Shown here: piece by piece, positions 18,541 to 28,970 of the stretch
Layout of the letters: each line of letters starts with the position of its first letter
Position numbering within the stretch: position 1 is the first letter of the stretch
Origin: an uncultured virus (IMG/VR IMGVR_UViG_3300005405_000008)
Taxonomy: Duplodnaviria > Heunggongvirae > Uroviricota > Caudoviricetes
Virus record (IMG/VR): IMGVR_UViG_3300005405_000008
Span: 62,001-122,175 of that record
Length of the DNA: 60,175 nt
Reading direction: 5' to 3' (one strand)
The notes under the pieces: model-generated
The model's input: only the letters and a program-made list of their open reading frames with translations
The model's database searches: none
What the model was told of the DNA's origin: nothing
Made by a program: the position numbers and the translations under genes

Positions 18541-19317
18541 TTAATCATTAATTTCTACCTCATATCTATACATTGCTTCATAAAGATTTATAGGAATATT
18601 ATTTTGGTATTTATTGGCGACTTGTTTTATAAGATTTTCTTTAAAATCTTTGTAAACCATAAACGCTTCTTCTACAGTTTCAAATATTCCTAATCTTGTA
18701 GTTGAATTACCATTATAGCAAGACGCTTGATATTTATTGTAATATGTAGATATTCCTAATGGTAAATTACTAACATTATTTGTTTTAAATAATCCGTTAA
18801 TTCTAACTGGTACAAACACACAAGTTTCAGGAGAATAAACTTTATTACCTTTTATTAGAATATCTTTGTCTAAATGCATTTCTTCATTTATTATTTGATA
18901 AAAGTTTAGATCATACCATTGAGCAAAGTTCTGAAAGTTATGCCATTCATCACATACGGTACATCCTATGTATGTGGGATGCGTTTTATGTAATTTATTA
19001 TCATAACATCTTTGTAGCATGTTGTACCAACAGCGATATTGATTAGTTACTTTATAATTTATAGAACTTTTATATTTTCCTATTCCAAAATAACCAACCC
19101 CCAAGATTACTTTATCATACCATGATTTTATTTTTCCTTCTAAGAAATCTTTATATGCTCTATTATGTGCAGTATAATTACTATTAGGGAAATATACATT
19201 TATATCATCAGTATTATTATATTTAGTTATAATCATTTTACTACCAAAATTATTTTTCCCAATTTGTCCGATCCTATCTGAAATTTTTACAGATTCATTA
19301 ATTTTTATATGTGCCAA
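18541..19317 (-). CDS. HNH-type homing endonuclease with AP2-like C-terminus
   Basis: WYNMLQRCY, VCDEWHNFQNF, LDKDIL..GNKVYSPETC, LGIFETVEEA motifs. Confidence 0.8.
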   Translation of the reverse strand: MAHIKINESVKISDRIGQIGKNNFGSKMIITKYNNTDDINVYFPNSNYTAHNRAYKDFLEGKIKSWYDKVILGVGYFGIGKYKSSINYKVTNQYRCWYNMLQRCYDNKLHKTHPTYIGCTVCDEWHNFQNFAQWYDLNFYQIINEEMHLDKDILIKGNKVYSPETCVFVPVRINGLFKTNNVSNLPLGISTYYNKYQASCYNGNSTTRLGIFETVEEAFMVYKDFKENLIKQVANKYQNNIPINLYEAMYRYEVEIND

Positions 19318-19484
19318 TTTTTACAGATCCTTTCTATTTTTAATTAGTTTTTATGAGAAAAGAAAAATTAAAAAGAATATCATTCTTTATTAATTATATA
19401 TTACTTATGTAAAACCTATAATATTTATTAGCATAAAAGTAAACACTCCTTTTATTTAGTTTTATGGATATTTAACCCTGACTA

Positions 19485-19514
19485 TAGTATATCAAATTGC
19501 AAGAAGTGTGTCAA
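19485..19514 (-). promoter_or_regulatory. SigmaA-type promoter for the left arm
   Basis: TTGACA-17 nt-TATACT on the minus strand. Confidence 0.65.
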
Positions 19515-20832
19515 CATATTTTATATAATGTTTTATGTAAATAAATTTGATTTGGATTTTTGAATATCGGGTATGTGTATAAAATTATTCGTAATGGAGT
19601 TGTAATCACTAGGCAGTAGGTAAAAAAATATTGTGAAATGATTGATATATCAATAGTTTAAAGGTTATTTGATATTGGTAATTTATGATCTTTTGGACGA
19701 GATTGATTTTAGATTTAATGCTAATATTTTAATCGGTGAAATTAGATTTGATTTGTTGTTTTGAGATTAATTTATTGTGAGTGTTAGGTGGTTATTTATA
19801 TTTGATTAATATCAAAAAGTGTTGTGGTATAGGATTTAAGGTTGTTGGAATGTTTGGTTTATTTGATATTATTAGTGATTTTGAGATATTTTTGATTTGT
19901 TTTTATGGATTTTTAGAAATTATTTAAGATTTATTGATTATTTTAGAGTGATTTATATTGTGTGAAAGTGGGATAAGATAAGGATTTTTGCGATGATGAG
20001 ACGATAAAAATTAGAGATAATTAGATGATAATTTTTGAAATTGTTGTTGATTTAGTATTGACAATTTTATTTAAGTATGATTGAAAATATTTCTATTATT
20101 TGCTTGACATTTTAAAATGTATATGGTTTCGATTTTTGGATTTTTCCTGTGGATAGATGTACTGTGTCGAATACTGTCGAATGGAAATTACTGGTATTTG
20201 TAATCCACGCCCGGTAATACCTTTTGCAAGCGATATACAGAGTGCCGGGTAATGCATCAGACTACTACAAAGAACGAATATAAATAGTAACTGTCCACGA
20301 CTGACGGACACGACAACAAAATACAGCTAATTGTATTATACTGAAAACCTCAACCCTTACTCCTGCAAGGGATACAGCAATTATACTGAATGTTACAAAA
20401 TGGGATTGAGTAATATACACTTTATTATAATATTAGATTAATTTAATATAGATATGTCGTGTGAGCTTGCAGAATTGATTTGGGGTAGAGAATTGGATAT
20501 ATCAGATCGGTGAGATATCTGATGGGAGTTGAGCCGGAATCAGGAATGCCGCACTCGTTATCCTGGTTGGTCATGATTATAATTACACAATGTGTAACTT
20601 TACTCGTTGTGCAAATCGGAGGTTATAACATGGCGCGAATCAGTGAACACTTACATATTATCAATAACTGTAATACATAATAAAGATAACCATGTCATAT
20701 AGTATTAAATACTACATAACCATAATAACCATAATCTATCTAAAGTATCCAGCAGTATTTGTGTTTACACTATAAGCATATTATTATCGTTTATCGATAA
20801 ATAATTATCATTATTCGATAATAATATAAAAG

Positions 20833-20916
20833 TTATCCACAATCAACCTATACTTATCAACAACCAATTACGACTAACCCACAGTATACTATAAGTTATC
20901 CACATACTTATCCACA
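20833..20916 (+). promoter_or_regulatory. DnaA-box cluster
   Basis: Perfect TTATCCACA at 20833, 20896 and 20908; TTATCAACA at 20854. Confidence 0.75.
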
Positions 20917-21140
20917 ATGTTCACCTCACAAACACATAATACCTATAATGTCTACTATATAAATACAAACCATCCACAAATTATTATCAATTATAATCAA
21001 AACACTACCACTACATTAAAAACTCTAATAATAAAATCCATAAAATATTATTAATAAAATAGAAAATAAAATAAAGGAATATGAATGCCCAATGGCGAAT
21101 ATAATACTTATAAGTAAAAACTGAATGGAGTTGGTTAACA

Positions 21141-21380
21141 ATGACTAACAAATTTGAATCTAATATACATAATGTTTTAGCAGAAAAAGGAATTGCAGGA
21201 CTCGACTGGAGAATAAAAATAATAAGTAAAGAGATTATCGGCAAAAGTGATTTTGCAAAAGTGTTAGTTGAAGTTTATGAGCCTAGAAAAAGAAAACCAT
21301 GTATGAATTGGGATTTATGCATAAATATTGTAAGAGAACAAATTTACTGGGATAAAAGCACATTTGTATATTTAAACTAG
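21141..21380 (+). CDS. Hypothetical protein
   Basis: GGAG RBS; followed by a terminator. Confidence 0.7.
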   Translation: MTNKFESNIHNVLAEKGIAGLDWRIKIISKEIIGKSDFAKVLVEVYEPRKRKPCMNWDLCINIVREQIYWDKSTFVYLN

Positions 21381-21403
21381 AATCCGAAAGGGTTCTTTTT
21401 TCT
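21380..21403 (+). terminator. Intrinsic terminator
   Basis: GAATCC-GAAA-GGGTTC hairpin followed by a T-run. Confidence 0.7.
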
Positions 21404-22024
21404 TTGTCTTAAAATAAAAAATAAAATACTCTGCACTCAGGCAGCGCAAACAAAACAATCCAAAACAATTTCCCTGCCACAAAAACGTCCATTCTTGCCT
21501 TTAGATTACATTACCTAGCATAATTACACTCTACAAATCATAAAACAGCTTAAAACCATCTTTCTGTCGCTCTAAATCAATTCCGACCTATTTTGTGCTA
21601 TTATCAATCCATTAGATCATATATAAAAGAAAATATAAAATCAGTAAAATTAAAAATAATTAACTACAATAAGCAATACCTAGATAATAGAGTACCTAAC
21701 ACACTAAAACGAGTTAATAAGGCTTAAAATAATTGTATTTGAGAAATGACTTATTGTTGCAAAAGATTTAAAATGGGTACATAGCAAAGAGCGCACACGA
21801 AAACCTGTTAGGAAGTAGTTAGCAGGTTAAGACAATAAAGAGGAAAATAATTTTTCCAAGGTACTAGTAATTTAGTCAGAAATAGTTTAAAATGGTATCA
21901 AGAAGCACAAACTGAGCAGTAAGTTATTAGGAGGTAATCAGACTCTTAGCAAAGAATAAGTCCTTCGAAGCCCAAGGCTACCAGAAGGAAAGCACCTCTA
22001 GTCAGGGAATGCTTAAAAAGGTTC

Positions 22025-22037
22025 GCTCTTTGAAAAT
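22025..22037 (+). promoter_or_regulatory. boxA-like antitermination motif
   Basis: GCTCTTTGAAAAT at the head of the long plus-strand operon. Confidence 0.5.
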
Positions 22038-22187
22038 TACATAAACCTTTCCTGAAGTTATACAAAAGTTGTTTATATGTCTATAAGTTCGCTTGCGTCT
22101 GATGGCAATTAAACAATATGGAAATACTGGCTCTAAGGTAGCCAAGGAAGTAATAAGGAAAGGATTAAATACTCTCTTTCAAAGGAT

Positions 22188-22475
22188 ATGTCTTTGTTAG
22201 TACCTGCTAAAAGGAGATTGAACAAAATGGAACTTAAACAATGGTATAAGCAAGTATTAAACAAAATATTTTCTAACTATAATCTTTCTGGATGTTTTAC
22301 TCAATCTGTTTTTGAGAAAGCTATTGATTTAGAAGATTTTTATTTTTGTTACTTAACAAAAGAAACAAAAAAATTGGAAAAAGAATTGCTCGAATTTGTC
22401 AATGATTTTATAGTTGATTTTCCAAAAGCAAAAGATCCATTCTTTAAAAATCATTTCCATGTTAGCCCTTACTAA
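22188..22475 (+). CDS. Hypothetical protein (true start probably the internal MELK)
   Basis: AGGAG precedes the internal ATG. Confidence 0.6.
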   Translation: MSLLVPAKRRLNKMELKQWYKQVLNKIFSNYNLSGCFTQSVFEKAIDLEDFYFCYLTKETKKLEKELLEFVNDFIVDFPKAKDPFFKNHFHVSPY

Positions 22476-22603
22476 AAATAATAAGCAGGTATTAACAAAA
22501 GCATATCCTAAAAAGAGATACTATCAAAAAGACATTTTATTGCAAAATATCATGTCCTTTCTAGATTATATCATAACACAATATGATATAATCTAGAAAG
22601 GAC

Positions 22604-22804
22604 ATGAAGTTCTTTAAAATGAAGGAGGTTTTAATAATGAAAACATTTAAAATCTATTTACTGGCTGACAATGGTATTCAACTTTATGGTATTACTGTAA
22701 AATGTGATGAAATTCTTCTTGATAAAAACAATCCATGCGCATGTTATTTGGACAATGTACAAATTGATTTTGATATGAAAATTAACAGAGTTGAAAAGGT
22801 ATAA
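22604..22804 (+). CDS. Hypothetical protein (true start probably MKTF)
   Basis: AGGAGG precedes the internal ATG. Confidence 0.6.
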   Translation: MKFFKMKEVLIMKTFKIYLLADNGIQLYGITVKCDEILLDKNNPCACYLDNVQIDFDMKINRVEKV

Positions 22805-22924
22805 GCAAACCCAAATAAATTTTACCTTAATCCTTAATAATAGGTTGAAGCCCGAAACATTAAAAAATCCTCTATGACAAAATTAATGTTTCGGCTTGAG
22901 TCTATTAAAAAGGAGGAAAATAAA

Positions 22925-24316
22925 ATGTCTGAAGAAAAGAAAGAAATCACTTTTACCACTGAAAAACGCGACATTAAAACTCTTATCGAACACATTGAAA
23001 AACAATACTACACTGTTGGCAAATATCTCCAAAATTTCCTTGTCACAAAAAAGGAAAGCGAAGGGAAAGAGCTTAAAACCCTTCGTGATTTCATGGAATC
23101 ACAACGTGGTTATGTTTGGGAAATATGGAGGGCTTCAAACCTTATTCAAACTCTGCTTCTCAAAAATCCAGTCCCTGAAGTAACAGTCTACCGCGCAGAT
23201 GATAAGAGTCAATTCCGCAAAACTGTTGACGGTCAGCAGCGTTTAACCTCCATTTTCCTTTTTATCAATGATGGATTTAAACTTGACATGTCAAAAACCA
23301 TGTTCCCGAAATTTACAATCGAAGGCGAGCAATTTAACGCTATGGAAACGCTTCACGGAAAAACATTTTCCCAATTGCCGGAATTGTGGCAGGACATCAT
23401 CAAAGGTTATCAGCTTCGCATAACAACAATGAATAATTGTTCTGAAGAAGATGCAGAAAAAGCATTCGTGCAAATGAATTCAGGAGCCAAAGGGTTAAAA
23501 CCTGCCGAAATTCGCAAGGCAGCAATGGGGAGTAATACACGTAAATTATTCAGACTTATTTTAAATAGTGATTGGATTTTACACGCTTTACCCCCACTAT
23601 CGGCAAAAGGAAACGCAGGAGACGAGATTCTTTCTCAAGTCATCACGCTAATACATAATGGCGGGGCCATTGAACTATCTAAGGACAACATTGACAAGGT
23701 GATCTATGGTTTCAGAGAATTGGGAGTACCCGAAGAAATTGAGGATGATATGATAAATACTTCCAATTATCTTTCAGAAGCAACAGAAATTTGGATTAGC
23801 AACAAAAAGAAAACCGACGAGAAAGAAGGGAATAAAAGGGTTAAAAACTATTCGACTTATCGCTATACTTGGCTAAATAAAACCTGTACAACTATGTTAG
23901 TATATTCTGCTTATGTGGCAGTAAAAAATAATGTTGACGTTGAAGAGTTTTCTGCATGGGCTTATAATTTCTTCCAAGCTCCAACTAAGGAGTATAAGGA
24001 AGGATTACAAGATAAGGCCATTGATTTAAAACGTGTAGAAATGCGCTTGAATGCAATCAATGCGGAATTGGGGAAACTAAGTTCATATTCTCCCAACCAG
24101 GAGGATGAAGAGAAAGAAATTGAACAAGAGGAAGAACCATGGGAACAACCTCAACAAACTGAAAACCTCGAACCTGTTATAACAGCAGTCCAAGAAGAGT
24201 TGAGCGAAGAAAACCAAGAACAAACTGAAGAACAGACTGCCGATGATCAAGAACAGGAACAGAAATTCCAAGAAGAAGCAAAAGCAATCCTAAACATTGT
24301 TAATAATGTTGCTTAA
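22925..24316 (+). CDS. DUF262 (ParB/Srx-fold) protein with acidic C-terminal tail
   Basis: QRGYVW, LIQTLL..PVP, DGQQRLT, F..MNSG..L motifs; AAGGAGG RBS. Confidence 0.85.
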   Translation: MSEEKKEITFTTEKRDIKTLIEHIEKQYYTVGKYLQNFLVTKKESEGKELKTLRDFMESQRGYVWEIWRASNLIQTLLLKNPVPEVTVYRADDKSQFRKTVDGQQRLTSIFLFINDGFKLDMSKTMFPKFTIEGEQFNAMETLHGKTFSQLPELWQDIIKGYQLRITTMNNCSEEDAEKAFVQMNSGAKGLKPAEIRKAAMGSNTRKLFRLILNSDWILHALPPLSAKGNAGDEILSQVITLIHNGGAIELSKDNIDKVIYGFRELGVPEEIEDDMINTSNYLSEATEIWISNKKKTDEKEGNKRVKNYSTYRYTWLNKTCTTMLVYSAYVAVKNNVDVEEFSAWAYNFFQAPTKEYKEGLQDKAIDLKRVEMRLNAINAELGKLSSYSPNQEDEEKEIEQEEEPWEQPQQTENLEPVITAVQEELSEENQEQTEEQTADDQEQEQKFQEEAKAILNIVNNVA

Positions 24317-24366
24317 TCTCCTAAAGAGTTTTATTATTATGCAAAAGGGGCTTAAAAAGTCCCTTT

Positions 24367-24555
24367 GTGTACTCGGAAAAATTCAAAGGAGTTGAAAAAA
24401 TGAATCATATGTCAATATCTTACGATGGATTTTCAAGCGATATAGCACATTCAGTTTGGAAATATCGCTATAATGTATGTAGCGAATCAATTAGAAAATA
24501 CATTAAAATGAGAAGAGAGAAATTATTATCAGTTGGCATAATATTAAACTTTTAA
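24367..24555 (+). CDS. Hypothetical protein
   Basis: Small ORF; GGAG precedes the internal ATG. Confidence 0.45.
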   Translation: MYSEKFKGVEKMNHMSISYDGFSSDIAHSVWKYRYNVCSESIRKYIKMRREKLLSVGIILNF

Positions 24556-24671
24556 TCCCTTCAAATCATGTTTTGGTTGGATTATGTTCTCTAGGGTATT
24601 TCAATAACAAAAAGTTGAAATACCTTGGAGAGTATAAACTCTAAAATAAAAAACGAAAGAGGTTAAAACTT

Positions 24672-25760
24672 ATGAAAATATCCTTAAACGTTTCCGAACT
24701 TCAAGAAGTTATCAAAAAAGCTCAAAAAGTTATAGCAAAAGGTTCAAAGCTTCCAGTATTACATTCTGTCAAGTTCTCCACGCTTACTGGAGCAATAACA
24801 GTGACCGCGAATAATTTAGAGGTTGTAACTGTCTTTACTCTGTCAGGTAGTATCATGGAATCAGGCGAAATGTTACTAAGTAATGAGACATTAAAACTTA
24901 TCGCAAAATTAAAAAATACATACGAAATTGTGATAAGTGAAAACCTTATCCAAGCGGGAAATAAAACTTTAAAATTCACTTCAATCGATCCTGAAGAATT
25001 CCCGATAACACACGACGAATGTACGTTCACAGCCTTTACAATTTCACAACCCGAATTAATCAAAGCTTTTTCGGTTAATTATGCTTCAGCTATCGAAGAC
25101 AATAGACCAGTATTTAATGGAGTATGCATCGATCAAAATACTTTCCTTTCAACAGATACACATAGATTAGCATGGTATAAAGCTCAAATCGTTAATACTC
25201 TTGATAAACAAATTATAATTCCTTTGCAAACCACAAAATTGTTAATTGGATCTCTACTTGATAAAAAAGTTAGCGGGTTTCCTGTTATAGTATCAGTCGA
25301 TAAAAAGTGCAAATACTTAAAACTTGAATTCCAAAACACTTTAGTTATTACTCGATTGATTGAAGGTGATTTTTTAAACTATAAGCAAGTTCTTCCTCAA
25401 GACCACAAAACGAATGTAAAATTAAATGTTAAAAAATTACTTGACGAACTTTCATTCATTGAAGAACTTGCCAAACAATCAAATGGAGTCATAACTTTAG
25501 CAGTCGAACAGAATGCTATATACTTTGATGCAATGGCTGAAGGCAACGCAGTAACGCTGAATATAGAATCTGACATAACAGGCGAACTCATAGAATGTAT
25601 GGCAGTATCTTATAAGCTTTTGACTGATGCACTAAAGAATGTAGAAGGGGAAGAGATTGAAATAAAATTCAATGGCGCATATTCTCCAATTAGTTTTAAT
25701 AATTCAATTGTTTTACCTGTCAGAATAAAAGACATGAAAAGATTAAATACGGCAGCATAA
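24672..25760 (+). CDS. dnaN: DNA polymerase III beta sliding clamp
   Basis: 362 aa; LPVL, ANNLE, EEFP, RPVFNGV, STDTHRLA, RLIEGDFLNYKQV, VLPVR motifs. Confidence 0.92.
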   Translation: MKISLNVSELQEVIKKAQKVIAKGSKLPVLHSVKFSTLTGAITVTANNLEVVTVFTLSGSIMESGEMLLSNETLKLIAKLKNTYEIVISENLIQAGNKTLKFTSIDPEEFPITHDECTFTAFTISQPELIKAFSVNYASAIEDNRPVFNGVCIDQNTFLSTDTHRLAWYKAQIVNTLDKQIIIPLQTTKLLIGSLLDKKVSGFPVIVSVDKKCKYLKLEFQNTLVITRLIEGDFLNYKQVLPQDHKTNVKLNVKKLLDELSFIEELAKQSNGVITLAVEQNAIYFDAMAEGNAVTLNIESDITGELIECMAVSYKLLTDALKNVEGEEIEIKFNGAYSPISFNNSIVLPVRIKDMKRLNTAA

Positions 25761-25912
25761 ATTATAAAATAAAATTTAGGGAATTGACATAATTCCCTTT
25801 TTGAGTCCGTAAAATATGCTATAATGTATATAGTGGTTACGGATTGAAAAAGGCTGATTATGGAAATTATATAACAATTGGCCTATAACAAATCAAAGGA
25901 GAGTGTATTAAC

Positions 25913-26341
25913 ATGAATTTATACAAGGCATTAAAAGACCAACACCAAGAGGACATCAATAATTTCCCTATGTTCTTTGCTTTCTCAAATGCTCAATTTG
26001 AAGAAGGTATGAACAAACTAGGGTTAAATCCTTCTGAAACTGATAAGCTTTATAAAACTGGTGGCGGTGGTTACTACAGGAAAACTGATGTTAAAGAACT
26101 TCATTCAATCATCAACAGACATGAAGAAGAAATGAAGCAAGCAAGAAAAGATGATCAATTCCTTTATGATATGTTTGATTATGAACTAGGTAATCATGAA
26201 TATTGCATAACATGGGATATAGAGCCTACGTTAGATGCTCTAGGAATGACTAAGGATGAAGTCGAAAATGATGCAAGAATGGCATCTATTTTTAGAAAGG
26301 CCAGACATGCACAGAGTGAATGGTGTTCAAAACACGGTTAA
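25913..26341 (+). CDS. Conserved hypothetical phage protein
   Basis: FFAFSNAQFEEG, GGGYYRK, YELGNHEY motifs; RBS. Confidence 0.8.
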   Translation: MNLYKALKDQHQEDINNFPMFFAFSNAQFEEGMNKLGLNPSETDKLYKTGGGGYYRKTDVKELHSIINRHEEEMKQARKDDQFLYDMFDYELGNHEYCITWDIEPTLDALGMTKDEVENDARMASIFRKARHAQSEWCSKHG

Positions 26342-26434
26342 TAACCCTTCTTTGTGTCGATGGTGGGCAGGTAACATATAACAATAACAAATGTTACTTG
26401 CTTAATTTCGAAGTAAAGAAAGGAAGTGTATTAA

Positions 26435-26650
26435 ATGTATCTAGATTTAGATGAACTTAACAAATTTAATTCTGAAATTCAAAAACTAGAGATTGCAAAA
26501 AGCAAAATGGCAAAGGGAATTGAAACAAATATTATCGAACGATACCTAGACATTATTGAGGAGAAAAAAGACAAAATGACTAGAGGAGATTTCCAAAATA
26601 TTTTAGAGGATTTAGCATATAATGTTAAAAGAATTGGGAAAGGGGTATAG
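26435..26650 (+). CDS. Hypothetical protein
   Basis: ORF with RBS in the array. Confidence 0.65.
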   Translation: MYLDLDELNKFNSEIQKLEIAKSKMAKGIETNIIERYLDIIEEKKDKMTRGDFQNILEDLAYNVKRIGKGV

Positions 26651-26653
26651 TAA

Positions 26654-26860
26654 ATGGGAAATATATATGAATTTAAGGATAAACGAATAAGCGAGTCGGA
26701 AAGCAACACATCTGAAGAATTAATAATTCCCGAAGGTTTCCGAACATGTATTAGTTTATCGGAATGTAAAAAATGTGAAAAAATAGGTCAAAAAAATATT
26801 AAGTCTTGTCAACATTGTTTCAACCTATTTAGAAAAGCAAAGGCAGCCAGACTTATTTAA
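26654..26860 (+). CDS. Hypothetical Cys-containing protein
   Basis: ORF with RBS. Confidence 0.6.
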   Translation: MGNIYEFKDKRISESESNTSEELIIPEGFRTCISLSECKKCEKIGQKNIKSCQHCFNLFRKAKAARLI

Positions 26861-26914
26861 AAAATTACCCACCAATCACGAATTTTAAATGATTATAAAT
26901 AAGGAGGAATAACA

Positions 26915-27109
26915 ATGTTTAAAATCGGTAACGGTTCAAAAACTTTCTTTGTTGTGGCTGAAGTAGTACACATGGGAACGCGAAATGTAAACATTAAATT
27001 AACAGACAATGAAGCATGGGCAAAACAAAACCAAATAATGGGCAAAATCAAAGCTAATACTGAGGAAGATGCTAAAAGTTATTTTAGAATTATTGATATG
27101 ACTCGTTAG
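26915..27109 (+). CDS. Hypothetical protein
   Basis: AAGGAGG RBS. Confidence 0.7.
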   Translation: MFKIGNGSKTFFVVAEVVHMGTRNVNIKLTDNEAWAKQNQIMGKIKANTEEDAKSYFRIIDMTR

Positions 27110-27228
27110 GGCAGTCAATGCCCTCTAAGACCTCCAAACAAGCAATAACAACATAACGTCAAGACTTGTGAGTTTGGGGAGTTTAGAGGGCATTGATACC
27201 TAAAATAATTTAAAGGGAGTTGGATTAA

Positions 27229-27567
27229 ATGGAATTTTGTTTTAAAAATTCATATTGGGGAAAGAATGGTAAATATCAAGAAGATGTGAACAAATTAAAT
27301 GAGTTAATGCCTGACTATGGTTACACCACTAACAAATATATGAATTTGTTTATAACAATCTCTAAAATCTATTACCGCAAATATAATGATGGTGATTCCA
27401 TTTTTGAATTTGAAGAAAGAGTTACAAAGTATATTGAACCCTTCGCGGAACAAATTAACTTTAATTCCTATAAGGATTATGATGGGCAGGAACTTGAAGA
27501 CTTAGTTGACAGGGTAATATTATTTATCAAAGACAAAGATTTAAGTTATGAAAGTATTGACCATTAA
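27229..27567 (+). CDS. Hypothetical protein
   Basis: ORF with RBS. Confidence 0.7.
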   Translation: MEFCFKNSYWGKNGKYQEDVNKLNELMPDYGYTTNKYMNLFITISKIYYRKYNDGDSIFEFEERVTKYIEPFAEQINFNSYKDYDGQELEDLVDRVILFIKDKDLSYESIDH

Positions 27568-27818
27568 AGAGCTTATGCTCTTTATTCAAATTCTGTATAA
27601 CACAAATCTCAATAACAGTTGATAGAATTTGAGTAAAGGATGTAAACTTAATACATCCAAAAATAAAAAAGGAGGATTACACTATGTCATATTTCATCCT
27701 TAATCAATACATATCCATTTGCCAACGTCAAAATGTTCCGGCTAATTTCAATGGTCTTATTGCTTTCAATGCCATCTTCAAAAAGTAGAAAATAAAATTA
27801 TGAAAGAAGGTTACACTA

Positions 27819-28091
27819 ATGAGAATGAAAAGTGAAAAGAAATTACTCAAAATATCTGTATCACATTTAAATGAACTCTATTTGGGCAAACAAATGATTT
27901 ATTCCGGTGAACATGGAACACTCAGACCATACCGAGGCTATATAATCCATATTGCTTATCTTGGAGGACTTGAACCTGTTCCCTATGCTGAAGTACGGCT
28001 AAAAGTCTGGAATAACAGAACTGTGACTAAAATTCTTCCACTGTCTGAGGTTGTTCTAATCGCTTCTTCTAAGAAATCCATTGCAGCATAA
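27819..28091 (+). CDS. Hypothetical protein
   Basis: ORF with RBS. Confidence 0.65.
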   Translation: MRMKSEKKLLKISVSHLNELYLGKQMIYSGEHGTLRPYRGYIIHIAYLGGLEPVPYAEVRLKVWNNRTVTKILPLSEVVLIASSKKSIAA

Positions 28092-28212
28092 TTTATATAT
28101 CTTACCAGATACACGCTAGTAATAAATATGAAAATAATATATAATACTATTATTAGCGTGTAGGTAATAAGGTATATAAGTTAACTGAGTATAAAATAAA
28201 GGAGGAATACAT

Positions 28213-28479
28213 ATGTCAATTACTAGCATCAATATTCAAAAAGCAAATCAAGAGATTATTTCCCAAGAAGCATTTATGAAAGGATTTAATTATGACGGAA
28301 ATAACCTTGATACATTTGAAGGTTGGAGATCAAAGGGCTATGTAGTCAGGAGAGGCCAGAAAGCTTTTATTAAAACTCATTTGTTTACTTACGGAAAGAA
28401 TAGGAGGAAAATTCTTGAATATTTGTTTACAGATAAGCAGGTGGAATTAGTTAGGCATGATGAGTTGATTGTGGTATAA
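28213..28479 (+). CDS. ArdC N-terminal-like ssDNA-binding protein
   Basis: TFEGWRSKGYVVRRGQKA...LFT..QVE motif. Confidence 0.6.
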   Translation: MSITSINIQKANQEIISQEAFMKGFNYDGNNLDTFEGWRSKGYVVRRGQKAFIKTHLFTYGKNRRKILEYLFTDKQVELVRHDELIVV

Positions 28480-28538
28480 TTTGTATATGTCAAATTTTTT
28501 ATAACAGCCGAGGTTATATGGTTCAGCGATTAAATTAA

Positions 28539-28970
28539 GTGAAAGAAGGAATTATTATTATGTCAATTAAATTACCTATTGTAAATGTTAAAGATATTAA
28601 TTGGAGCAATCATGATTCATCAATTGATATATTCCAAGATATTGTGGTAGGAGATATTGCAGTTATCGAGAATAAATCAGAATGTGTTCTTCCATTGGAT
28701 GATGTAGAATATTGCGTTACTATTGACAATAGTGATATTTTTATTGAGGAACCTTTTTCATATGAGGAATGTAAAATATTATTTGGGAAGGATTTTGAGA
28801 CTATAGAATATTTCAAAATTGGGGATAAAGTTAAAATTAGAAAAAGTATGCTTAAAGGAGAAATTGTCGAAATTCAAAAATCTATGAAAGGTAGAAAGAT
28901 ATTTGTAGTTCAAATTACTGAAAATACTAGTAATGGATATTGGGAAGAGGAATTAGAGAGGGTTATTTGA
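28539..28970 (+). CDS. Hypothetical protein with SH3-like C-terminus
   Basis: FKIGDKVKI...EEELE. Confidence 0.65.
   Translation: MKEGIIIMSIKLPIVNVKDINWSNHDSSIDIFQDIVVGDIAVIENKSECVLPLDDVEYCVTIDNSDIFIEEPFSYEECKILFGKDFETIEYFKIGDKVKIRKSMLKGEIVEIQKSMKGRKIFVVQITENTSNGYWEEELERVI

Noticed and set aside
20096..20311. 71-aa ORF in the hinge region
   Set aside because: No RBS; overlaps the repeat-rich core; likely a chance ORF
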